A stretch of DNA of 64,000 nt from Candidatus Geothermarchaeota archaeon (lineage in GTDB: Archaea; Thermoproteota; Nitrososphaeria; Geothermarchaeales; JDFR-13), in the NCBI GenBank assembly GCA_015523545.1, contig WAKB01000010.1:4462-68461 (forward strand). Direction: 5' to 3'. Made by a program: the position numbers and the translations under genes. Positions 1 through 8,051 of this stretch are shown here, piece by piece. The notes under the pieces are model-generated. The model saw nothing but the letters and a program-made list of their open reading frames with translations. It had not been told where the DNA came from and ran no database searches. Numbering within the stretch: the first letter of the stretch is position 1; each line of letters begins with the position of its first letter.

Positions 1-270
1 CAACCTTCAGGTTTAGGGTGACATAGCCATCCCCCTCCCTCAGCCTCCTTACAGTCCCAATATCTGTCTTAAGGGGTATCAGGCCAAGCCTATGAGCTAG
101 TGAATCATCATTTAGGAAGCCGTCATTCTTGAAGATTATGACCTCCTCGACAGCTATCGTCGGAACCTCGGCCATCATCACTCTACGGAGAGAGTTGGTT
201 ATCTCCACTGGTACATTCTTGAATACAGCCTTGAACACCTCATCATTATACTTAACAAGCTGTATACTAG
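1..270 (-). CDS. rpoD: DNA-directed RNA polymerase subunit D (Rpb3-like), N-terminal part; gene continues beyond the window start
   Basis: Hand translation of the minus strand from an ATG at 268-270 gives [56 protein letters not shown], matching the conserved RpoD N-terminus. It sits directly downstream of S11, as in the archaeal S13-S4-S11-rpoD cluster. It is absent from the supplied ORF track because it is truncated. Confidence 0.55.
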
Positions 271-276
271 GCTTCT

Positions 277-693
277 TCATAGCCTCCTTCCCCTGCGACC
301 ACCTGGTCTACGAGTTCTGTCATGTGGTATCGGTGTGACATCCTCCACTATACCTATCTTTAGTCCGCTCCTAGCAAGGGCCCTTATAGCAGCCTGTGCG
401 CCTGGGCCAGGGATCGGTGAGAAGTGTCCACCAACACCCCTCACCTTTATATGTACACCCACGATACCCTTTGACCTGGCAACCTCAGCAGCCTTCTTGG
501 CAGCCATCATAGCGGCGTAGGGCGAGCCCTCATACCTATCGGCCTTCACAAACATACCGCCTGATGCTATAGCTATGGTCTCTGCACCAGTAAGGTCAGT
601 TATGTGAACTATAGTGTTATTCATACTACTATATATGTGGGCGACTCCCCAGAGCTCAACCTTCTTCTGAGGCTTCTCCTTCGACAGCTCCAC
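277..693 (-). CDS. rps11: 30S ribosomal protein S11 (uS11)
   Basis: 138-aa ORF with [26 protein letters not shown]...GGMFVKADR...[10 protein letters not shown], typical of uS11. Cluster context supports it. Confidence 0.9.
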   Translation of the reverse strand: MELSKEKPQKKVELWGVAHIYSSMNNTIVHITDLTGAETIAIASGGMFVKADRYEGSPYAAMMAAKKAAEVARSKGIVGVHIKVRGVGGHFSPIPGPGAQAAIRALARSGLKIGIVEDVTPIPHDRTRRPGGRRGRRL

Positions 694-1204
694 TCACCTC
701 CCTCCAATGGGGATGATCAGGGTTTGCATATGGACTCGTAGGCCGAATAGCAATCTTATCCTCCTCATCCCTATATATCAGCCTACCAGGCCTGTCCTCC
801 ACACGGTCTCCTACGACTATGTGGCCATGGACAACCATCTGCCTAGCCTGATAGATACTTTTGGCTAGGCCCTTCCTATAGACTAGGGTCTGGAGCCTCC
901 TCTCAAGCAGATCCCTAACCTCCAGCCTCAAAACATCATCTAGCGTGGCGTCCTCAGGCAGAATCCCCATCTTGTAGAGCCTACCCACAAGCTCCCTCTC
1001 CACACGCTTCTTCTCCTCCTCAGGGAGTCCATAGGCCTCCCTAGCAACAGTCCTGATCTTCCTCAGCATAGTGGCCATCCTTCGAAGCTCCCTCTTATTC
1101 TTGAGCCCATACTCGCCAATGAGCTTGAGCTCCTCCATCAGGAGTTCATAGTCCCACGGCTTAAACGGGCCTTCATACTTCTTCCTAAGCCTCCTCATAC
1201 CCAA
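656..1204 (-). CDS. rps4: 30S ribosomal protein S4 (uS4)
   Basis: 182-aa ORF starting [22 protein letters not shown], the archaeal S4 N-terminal signature. It lies between S13 and S11. Confidence 0.88.
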   Translation of the reverse strand: MGMRRLRKKYEGPFKPWDYELLMEELKLIGEYGLKNKRELRRMATMLRKIRTVAREAYGLPEEEKKRVERELVGRLYKMGILPEDATLDDVLRLEVRDLLERRLQTLVYRKGLAKSIYQARQMVVHGHIVVGDRVEDRPGRLIYRDEEDKIAIRPTSPYANPDHPHWREVSGAVEGEASEEG

Positions 1205-1654
1205 CTACCTCCTCTTCTTAACAACCAGCTTCTTCCTCTTCCTACCAGTAGTCCTGGTCCTCTGACCCCTCACCTTCAGGCCAAGGGCATGCCTAAGCCC
1301 ACGCCACGAACCAATACTCTTCTCGAACTCGATATCCCTACTCACTACAAACTCTAGATCCGAGCCTATTAGGTGGAGATCCTCTCCACTATATCTGTCA
1401 AACCTCCTGTTGAGGAGGTATGGCGGGAAGTACTTATTAGCGTTCTTAATCATCTCCTCGATCTGTTTAAGCTCCTCATCGCTTAAGAAGCCTATCCTTC
1501 TATTCAGGGGGATACCCAGCTTGTGGAGGATCGCCCTAGCCAGTGTAGGGCCTACACCCTTTATCCTAGTGATACCCTCCACAGCTGGGAGGGACCCCTT
1601 GATATCCGTATCTAACATCCTTATCATAGCCCTAAACTCGGCTTCCTGGGACAT
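1205..1654 (-). CDS. rps13: 30S ribosomal protein S13 (uS13)
   Basis: 149-aa ORF containing GVGPTLARAIL..LGIP...LSDEELKQIEE and an Arg/Lys-rich C-terminus. A TATA-like ctatatatatctt at 1693-1705 lies upstream on the minus strand. Confidence 0.88.
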   Translation of the reverse strand: MSQEAEFRAMIRMLDTDIKGSLPAVEGITRIKGVGPTLARAILHKLGIPLNRRIGFLSDEELKQIEEMIKNANKYFPPYLLNRRFDRYSGEDLHLIGSDLEFVVSRDIEFEKSIGSWRGLRHALGLKVRGQRTRTTGRKRKKLVVKKRR

Positions 1655-1716
1655 CTTCCCAAGCCTCGGGTTGATATTATGCCCCCTGCACTATATATAT
1701 CTTAATCCCTTTAAGC

Positions 1717-3546
1717 CTAGATCACAGTGACGCTCTTAGCCAGGTTACGCGGCTTATCAGGGTCTAGACCACGTAGCACCGCAGTGTAGTAGGCGATAAG
1801 CTGGAGAGGCACGACATAGGTTATAGGCGTGAAGAGAGGATCGACCCTAGGCACCTCAATCAATATATCGGCCACCTCAGACACCTCCTCGTCTCCCGAG
1901 GAGGATATGACTATCGTCTTGGCTCCACGTGTACGTACCTCGTGGATATTGCTAAGCATATACTTCTTCGTCTCATCATCTTGGACAAGGGCCACCACGG
2001 GTACACCCTTCTCTACAAGGCTGATAGGGCCATGCTTATTCTCACCGGCCGGATATGAAAGGCTGGGTATATAGCTTATCTCCATAAGCTTAAGCCTACC
2101 CTCATGGGCAGTGGCTGTGTTCACACCCCTACCAAGGAAGATCACGTATCTAGCGTCCTTAAGGAGCTTCGCAACCCTCTTCGTATCCTCCTCTACCTGG
2201 CCCAAGACCTCCCTCACAACCCCTGGGGTCCGATACAGCTCCTGCAAAAAGTGATCCAGCTCATCCTGGCCAAGCTTACCCCTATTCCTGGCTAGGGTAA
2301 GGGCTAATAGGTATAGGCTGGCAAGCTGCCCAGTATATGTCTTAGTAGCAGCCACACCTATCTCAGGCCCACTCTGCTGGTGGAGATACACCCTAGCTAT
2401 CCTCGTGAGTGTGGAGGCAAGCACATTGACGATAGCTAGGACAGTAGCCCCCCTAGCCTTGGCATACTCAACAGCCCAGAGCACATCCCTAGTCTCCCCA
2501 CTCTGGCTAATCGCTAGGACAGCGTCATCAACAGAGACGGACTCACCATAGTGGGACACGAATTCAGAGGCTATGACAGGGAAGCCGACTACCCTAGCCA
2601 GCTTAGAAAATACATAGCTACCAACCATACCCGCGTGGTAGGACGTCCCAGCAGCCACGAAGAATAGGCGTGAAGCCCTATCAATGAAGCTGGACATAAG
2701 GTCGAGATAGTTCCTCTGAAGCTCAAGGGCATACTTGATCGTGTATGGCTGCTCATGTATCTCCTTCAACATGTAGTGGGGATACCCCTCCTTCTTAGCC
2801 TCCTCAACACTCATACTCACCTTCTTAAACCGCCTCCTCACAGGACTGTCATCAGAAATCCTCCTTATAGAGACCGAGTCTGGAGTTATAACCGCATACT
2901 CACCCTCACCTAGTGGTAGGACTGAGTCGGTAAAGGCTACCAGGCTCGGTATATCACTTGAGCAGTACCCCCTCCCATTACCAATGCCGAGGACGAGTGG
3001 ACTCTCAGCCCTGGCACACATAATCTTGTCTGGCGAATTAGCCGAGATAGCAGCTATAGCATATGCCCCCCTGAGCCTCCTCACAGCCTTTATAAATGCA
3101 TCTTTGAATGGAAGGCCACTCCTCATATACTCCTCTATAAGGTGTGGAACAACCTCAGTATCAGTCCTAGACCTGAATACATGCCCACTCTTCATCAGCT
3201 CCTCCTTAAGCTCCAGATAGTTCTCTATGATCCCGTTGTGGACAACGGCGATAGTTTCTGTACAGTCTGTATGGGGATGGGCATTCACCTTGTCCGGAGC
3301 ACCATGGGTAGCCCACCTTGTATGTGCAATACCCACGCTCCCCTCGAGTGAGAGGAAGTTATATCTCCTATGTATCTCCTCTATCATCCCCTTATCCTTG
3401 ATTATTAGGAGCTCACCATCCCTCACAACAGCCATACCGGCAGAGTCGTAACCCCGATACTCTAGGAGCTTGAGGCCCCGGTAAAGCTCATCAACAATGT
3501 TTCCCTGGGATGCGATGATCCCTATTATTCCACACACTACAGGCAC
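1717..3546 (-). CDS. glmS: Glutamine--fructose-6-phosphate aminotransferase (isomerizing)
   Basis: 609 aa. The N-terminus reads (M)PVVCGIIGI, the Ntn Cys glutaminase signature. The ORF-track start is a GTG at 3544-3546. The true start is probably the GTG at 3535-3537, which puts Cys at position 2. Two SIS domains follow, e.g. ISQSGET. Confidence 0.9.
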   Translation of the reverse strand: MPVVCGIIGIIASQGNIVDELYRGLKLLEYRGYDSAGMAVVRDGELLIIKDKGMIEEIHRRYNFLSLEGSVGIAHTRWATHGAPDKVNAHPHTDCTETIAVVHNGIIENYLELKEELMKSGHVFRSRTDTEVVPHLIEEYMRSGLPFKDAFIKAVRRLRGAYAIAAISANSPDKIMCARAESPLVLGIGNGRGYCSSDIPSLVAFTDSVLPLGEGEYAVITPDSVSIRRISDDSPVRRRFKKVSMSVEEAKKEGYPHYMLKEIHEQPYTIKYALELQRNYLDLMSSFIDRASRLFFVAAGTSYHAGMVGSYVFSKLARVVGFPVIASEFVSHYGESVSVDDAVLAISQSGETRDVLWAVEYAKARGATVLAIVNVLASTLTRIARVYLHQQSGPEIGVAATKTYTGQLASLYLLALTLARNRGKLGQDELDHFLQELYRTPGVVREVLGQVEEDTKRVAKLLKDARYVIFLGRGVNTATAHEGRLKLMEISYIPSLSYPAGENKHGPISLVEKGVPVVALVQDDETKKYMLSNIHEVRTRGAKTIVISSSGDEEVSEVADILIEVPRVDPLFTPITYVVPLQLIAYYTAVLRGLDPDKPRNLAKSVTVI

Positions 3547-3583
3547 CTACAGAATAATCATAGAGGGAGATCCTAAAATTAGG

Positions 3584-3811
3584 CTAGCACCTCGATAGGG
3601 CCTCATAGCTACGCCTATATAGAAAGCTGAAGACCCTGGCGTAGATATAGAGGTATAGGAGGTGTATCAGGGCCTTGAGAGCCTGGTCCAAGACCCTCTG
3701 GGGGAGGAGCTCCATCGTGGCGATACTCCAGAGAAGAGGAACGCTGGCCACGAATATCGCCGCCATAAGTATGAGTAGTCCTGACAGGTATAATACCTCC
3801 CGAGACACCAT
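3584..3811 (-). CDS. Hypothetical small membrane protein (75 aa, one predicted TM helix)
   Basis: The ORF fills the gap between aglH-like and glmS on the same strand. It carries a hydrophobic stretch LLILMAAIFVASVPLLWSIA. The overlapping alternative frame 3615-3818 translates as Gly/Pro-rich, typical of an out-of-frame read. No homolog recognised. Confidence 0.3.
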   Translation of the reverse strand: MVSREVLYLSGLLILMAAIFVASVPLLWSIATMELLPQRVLDQALKALIHLLYLYIYARVFSFLYRRSYEALSRC

Positions 3812-3819
3812 ACCCCACC

Positions 3820-4788
3820 CTACATCACAAGGTATATAGCTAGGCCCACCAACGAGGAGAATATAAACAGTAAGATTATCTCGTACAACACCCTGAGCTC
3901 CGACTTAGGCTTAGAGGCGACTAGATACTTGAGGAGAACCAGTGGAGCCCCCTCCTCACACATATCATGGATAAGCCCGTCATTACCCAGAGCTGCGACA
4001 CGGTATCCATGCCTACGCCTCTCGAGGAACCCCCTAAACCTTATCAGGTAGAACAGGCCATTGACCAGGAACGGATACATTGAGAATATAACCACAGTCT
4101 CGACATCCAGTAGCACCGCCGAGACACCTATCATGACGCCGAGCATCAAAGCCCCACTATTCCCAAGGAATATCCTGGCAGGATACATGTTTAGATATGC
4201 AAGTGGAACTATACAGGAGAGGAATACAAGAGGAATAATAGGTGTAGACCCAACTAGAACAGCGGCCAGCGAAGCTATATAGACTACTATGAAGCTACCG
4301 ATCAGGGCGGATCCATTGATAACATCCAACATGTTGACGGCATTAGCCGATATCGCGAAGCCACCAAGCATGAGTAGGGGGTATATAATGGGCAGGTTAT
4401 ATACATATCCGTCGAAAATCCTTAGCTGAGGCGTGTATAGACCTAGGAGGATTAAGGGGACGGCTGCCAGAGCAGTTGTGAGGGGCTTGAAATACCCTGG
4501 GAGAGAAGGCAGTATATCATCCACCAAGCCGGATAAGAAGCCGATGCTGAGAGAAAGTGACACTCCCAGTACAGTAGGCAGATCCAAGAATCCAAAGACA
4601 TGGGACAGTATTAGCGATAACAACACCGATAGGTATAGTGGGATACCTCCCCAGTCAACCACACTAGTCTCGACAGGCTTGAACACATCCCTAGCCAAGA
4701 ACCTATCCCGGGCGATAAGGAAGTATAGGAAGTGAACCAGGCTAGACATAGCCAAAGCAGCCACGACAAGCAGATAGACCATGCTCAT
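3820..4788 (-). CDS. aglH: UDP-GlcNAc:dolichyl-phosphate GlcNAc-1-phosphate transferase (MraY/WecA/AglH family, GT4 polyprenyl-phosphate sugar-phosphotransferase)
   Basis: 322-aa polytopic membrane protein. It carries VDDILPSLPGY and NAVNMLDVINGSALIG, matching the MraY/WecA NxxNxxDGxDGL-type motif. It is adjacent to glmS, which supplies GlcNAc. Confidence 0.7.
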   Translation of the reverse strand: MSMVYLLVVAALAMSSLVHFLYFLIARDRFLARDVFKPVETSVVDWGGIPLYLSVLLSLILSHVFGFLDLPTVLGVSLSLSIGFLSGLVDDILPSLPGYFKPLTTALAAVPLILLGLYTPQLRIFDGYVYNLPIIYPLLMLGGFAISANAVNMLDVINGSALIGSFIVVYIASLAAVLVGSTPIIPLVFLSCIVPLAYLNMYPARIFLGNSGALMLGVMIGVSAVLLDVETVVIFSMYPFLVNGLFYLIRFRGFLERRRHGYRVAALGNDGLIHDMCEEGAPLVLLKYLVASKPKSELRVLYEIILLFIFSSLVGLAIYLVM

Positions 4789-4840
4789 TAGGAATAATCT
4801 TTCCTTAGAGGGTGGAATTAAAGGAGGGGGATCAGGGATC

Positions 4841-4953
4841 TGGCGCCGGGAGTGGGATTCGAACCCACGCGGGGCGGAGCCCCATCGGCTATCCCGAGCG
4901 TCTCAAGGCCTAGGCCGATGCGGCGACCCCTTGGTCCACTCGGGCATCCCGGC
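4841..4953 (-). tRNA. tRNA gene, class II-like (Ser/Leu family), with about 25 nt of intervening sequence; anticodon unresolved
   Basis: Minus-strand sequence GCCGGGATGCCCGAGTGGACCAAGGGG...GTGGGTTCGAATCCCACTCCCGGCGCCA. Its features are a 7-bp acceptor stem (GCCGGGA/TCCCGGC), a D-loop with GG, a T-arm GTGGG-TTCGAAT-CCCAC and an encoded CCA. A GGGGCTCCGCCCC hairpin sits in the long variable-arm position. The 113-nt length implies an intron. The only purine-37 loops readable are CTTGAGA (Ser-UGA) and TTGAGAC (Leu-GAG), but I could not fold a clean anticodon stem by hand. Confidence 0.6.
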
Positions 4954-4976
4954 ACCCATGGATACATATACATGAA

Positions 4977-5696
4977 TTGCTAAACATTAATATTCCTACT
5001 CCTATGATTACGATAACTGGTGAAATGAGGAGGCTTATTCATACCTTCAACGTGTTAGTACGTAGCCTCACTAGGCATCCACGCTTCTTTGCGTTAGCAC
5101 TAGCCACCCTCTTCACCATCAACTTCCTTACCCCCTTAGCAGTGCAGATCATCTTTACAGGCAATACTAGCATCATATATGGATTTGGAGACCCCCCAAA
5201 GGAGATAACATATCCGACGCCCAACATGGAGATACCTAGGGGCGTCCTGATATGGTATGGCCTAGAATTCAACGACTACTTCCTAAACAATAACCCCGGG
5301 TTCATAACCGGAAAGACATACTGGCTAGTCACCTTCAGCCCTCTTACAATGGCGCTTATACTAGCCGTCTCTATAGTGTCAGCCATGGTATTCACCATAA
5401 TATGGTTCTACAACAAAACTATGAGGGGTAAGTGTAGGGCCGAGGCCGGAACTTCGGGTCTTGCCACAACACTAAGTGTAGTTGGAGTCTCCACTGCCGC
5501 ATCAGCAGCAGTATCCTGTCCCTCATGTGGATTCACGGCTCTAATGACGGTGGCCGGAGTAATAGTATCCTCCTCTACAGGCACTCTCTTAGGAGTATCG
5601 GCGTTATATGTAAACCTGTTAAACAGCCTCCTTGTCCTAGGTATCATAATCAATATAGCTGTGATGATCTATGTAGCAGGAAAGGTGAGGATATAG
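4977..5696 (+). CDS. Hypothetical polytopic membrane protein with a CPSCG motif
   Basis: 239-aa ORF with several hydrophobic segments and a Cys-x-x-Cys (VSCPSCGF) between helices. It is transcribed divergently from the end of the oxidase/Sco operon. The true start may be internal. No family recognised. Confidence 0.4.
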   Translation: MLNINIPTPMITITGEMRRLIHTFNVLVRSLTRHPRFFALALATLFTINFLTPLAVQIIFTGNTSIIYGFGDPPKEITYPTPNMEIPRGVLIWYGLEFNDYFLNNNPGFITGKTYWLVTFSPLTMALILAVSIVSAMVFTIIWFYNKTMRGKCRAEAGTSGLATTLSVVGVSTAASAAVSCPSCGFTALMTVAGVIVSSSTGTLLGVSALYVNLLNSLLVLGIIINIAVMIYVAGKVRI

Positions 5697-5712
5697 AAAA
5701 GTAATTTAGGAA

Positions 5713-7200
5713 TTATTCCACCTCCTCTTTAACAAGAATCATTACATCATTAACCACATCCGAGGCGCTCCACTGTGGCGGGGCTCCTATGAAGAAGATC
5801 CTAACCTTAAACTCCTTATCGATTATATAGACCATCCCCGTGTGAGCCACTAGATATGATGTAGCTGGATCATCCACATCAACGTATGCGACAGCTATTC
5901 CGTAGTTCGACCAAATCCTCGACAATGTTTTGTAAGAACCATAGAGAAATATTGTCTGTTCCGCATCGTAAATCTCACTCCACTCCTTAAGCCTCCTAGG
6001 CGAGTCCCTCTCCATCGTGACGTCCACAAACACCACATCAGTTTCAAGGGATGTTTCCCACTGTACAGTCCCGTTAATATCCAATCTATATACCTTACTA
6101 CCTTCAGAGATGGAGACGAAGTAATTGTCACCAGATATGGAGACACTGGAAGCGCTCATAGGTCTAACCCAAACCTCTTCACCATCGTCGTTTAGCAAGT
6201 AGACACCCTCTGTTGTAGCTAAGGCAACGTAATCCCCTGTCTGGGAAATATCATAGTCGATCACTGTATCCGGTGAAAATGGGAGCTCTATCAGTGAATT
6301 GGAAAGCACGTTGTATATGTAAAGTGAATCATTAGTCGCTAAGAGGGCTACGGATCCACTATATGCAATATCTCCCCACACCACAGTCTGGTTAAGGGCG
6401 CTGATGCTGGCGTCCACATCCCCTTTATATATTCTGTATAGGAAGCCCTCTCTTGTAACGGTATAAATGTATGTGCCATTCGTCGTAGCCCCTAGACCAA
6501 CTACATCACTATCTAGGATGACCGAAGAATACTTGTTATAGGAGTATTCTAGGCCCTCCGCAACCTCTATATATATATCGACTACATTTCCCGAGGCCAC
6601 AGCAATAAATAGACCTGCCCCTGATATGAACACGTCACTAATACCATCTGGATATAGGAACCTTGTAAGCAGAGAGCCGTCCCTATCGTATATATATACG
6701 GTGTCATCGCTCCATACCACAATCCTCCCAGCATCCTGGGACATCTCTACCCCCATTGGCGAATAGTCCAATTCCACACTCCACTCAGCAACACCACTAT
6801 AATTCAAGTAGAAGAGACTATCAGATGTTACAGCAGCAACATACCCACCCGGATAGTCTACAGGTACAAGAACAAGTATAGCATCACCAAGAACCCCCTC
6901 AGCCTCTAACAAGTCACCGACCTCTGCAAATCCAGAGGTTATAGCTGGACAAATGTCGGGACAGTGGGAATAGATGAAGGAAATCACTATAACCTTTCCA
7001 GCATAGTCACTGAGTTTAAACTTAGTGCCATTTATCATGGTTAAGGTGAAGTCGGCGGCTGGGGGCTGGTTTATGTACTGATTCCCGGTAAAACCACCCG
7101 TCAAAGGTGAGAACTGTGGGAAGAAAACCAAGACTATACCCACTACCGTCGACACTATCAAGGTGATCAGGAGTAGAACTACCAAAACAAACTTGTTCAT
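5713..7200 (-). CDS. SCO1/SenC-like copper chaperone with a roughly 270-aa beta-propeller-like insertion, membrane-anchored
   Basis: The N-terminal TM anchor is MNKFVLVVLLLITLIVSTVVGIVLVFF. Next comes a Sco thioredoxin-fold N-half with the CxxxC metal site (KVIVISFIYSHCPDICP). A repeat-rich middle region then carries YIYD/LYIYN/VYLL blade-like motifs. Last is the Sco C-half with the conserved His (IAVAYVDVDDPATSYLVAHTGMVYIIDKEFKV). It is the last gene of the oxidase operon. Confidence 0.65.
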   Translation of the reverse strand: MNKFVLVVLLLITLIVSTVVGIVLVFFPQFSPLTGGFTGNQYINQPPAADFTLTMINGTKFKLSDYAGKVIVISFIYSHCPDICPAITSGFAEVGDLLEAEGVLGDAILVLVPVDYPGGYVAAVTSDSLFYLNYSGVAEWSVELDYSPMGVEMSQDAGRIVVWSDDTVYIYDRDGSLLTRFLYPDGISDVFISGAGLFIAVASGNVVDIYIEVAEGLEYSYNKYSSVILDSDVVGLGATTNGTYIYTVTREGFLYRIYKGDVDASISALNQTVVWGDIAYSGSVALLATNDSLYIYNVLSNSLIELPFSPDTVIDYDISQTGDYVALATTEGVYLLNDDGEEVWVRPMSASSVSISGDNYFVSISEGSKVYRLDINGTVQWETSLETDVVFVDVTMERDSPRRLKEWSEIYDAEQTIFLYGSYKTLSRIWSNYGIAVAYVDVDDPATSYLVAHTGMVYIIDKEFKVRIFFIGAPPQWSASDVVNDVMILVKEEVE

Positions 7201-7277
7201 ATATCTTCCCTCCCAGACCGAGTTTAGTATAGGAATAAAAAGATGTGGGGATATGCTTCAGTATTTACTGGTTAATA

Positions 7278-7775
7278 CTACTCTGTTACCGTTATATTCC
7301 CCCACATTCCTAGGGCAGCATGGCCCGGAACTACGCACTGATAGTTTAGGTTGCCTACCTGGTTAAACTGTACGACAACTCTTCCCTGACCACCTCCCTC
7401 TATCTGTCCCGTATCATAGTCGTCGATAATCTCTGGATTGGCAGGGTCAACTCTAAGGACCAATGTGAATGTATGTGGTAGATTCCCCACATTCACGAAG
7501 GTGAAGCCAACAACATCACCACGTTTAAACTCGAAGGTCGGTCCAGGTATGGTGAGGTTGTCTGGGGATAGTCCAAATGCGTATGCTACTTGTCCATTGA
7601 TATTTGTCTCTCCTCCGTAAACAGTTATTTCAAAATCGGGTGTAATCGTCACCGTAGCCCCTCCCCTCAAAGGTGGCTGGAGATCAAAGACCAGTACTGC
7701 AATTATTGCTAAGTCAACAATCAGGGCTATTGCCACCAGTGTGATGATTACCCCCCTCATATTTCCACCTGGCAA
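7278..7775 (-). CDS. Membrane-anchored type-1 (blue) copper protein, cupredoxin (sulfocyanin/halocyanin-like)
   Basis: 165 aa with an N-terminal TM helix and the type-1 Cu ligand set H(LPHTF)...C-x2-P-G-H-x4-M (YQCVVPGHAALGMWG). It is probably the electron donor to the adjacent oxidase. Confidence 0.75.
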   Translation of the reverse strand: MPGGNMRGVIITLVAIALIVDLAIIAVLVFDLQPPLRGGATVTITPDFEITVYGGETNINGQVAYAFGLSPDNLTIPGPTFEFKRGDVVGFTFVNVGNLPHTFTLVLRVDPANPEIIDDYDTGQIEGGGQGRVVVQFNQVGNLNYQCVVPGHAALGMWGNITVTE

Positions 7776-8050
7776 ACCGCCGATCCTCCTGTCCAGACCA
7801 TGACGATGAAGAGTGCGAAGAAAAGCGCCATTAAGTAGAACCAGGATATTGCCACGTCATCCCACTTAAGGTGTTGGTAGAACAGCGCAACGAACCCCGC
7901 CTTCACTCCCGCCAGTAGGAGTACACCAGTGATAAGCAGTATTATTGGCATCTCCACCAGCACCATGAATATCTCAAGTATTGTTAGACCTACTAGGAGG
8001 CCCCACACCCCAACGTATAGGTTGATTGGTTCCTTCGCCATCTTCCTCAC
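7757..8050 (-). CDS. Small hydrophobic oxidase subunit (subunit IV-like)
   Basis: 97-aa protein with two or three TM helices, encoded immediately downstream of the I+III fusion gene with a 2-nt spacer. Assignment is by position and hydrophobicity only. Confidence 0.45.
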   Translation of the reverse strand: MRKMAKEPINLYVGVWGLLVGLTILEIFMVLVEMPIILLITGVLLLAGVKAGFVALFYQHLKWDDVAISWFYLMALFFALFIVMVWTGGSAVCQVEI

Positions 8051-8051
8051 C

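Noticed and set aside
129-338. Plus-strand 69-aa ORF at the window start
   Set aside because: It is antisense to the recognisable RpoD N-terminus on the minus strand, with low-complexity Thr/Ser-rich composition. It is a shadow ORF.
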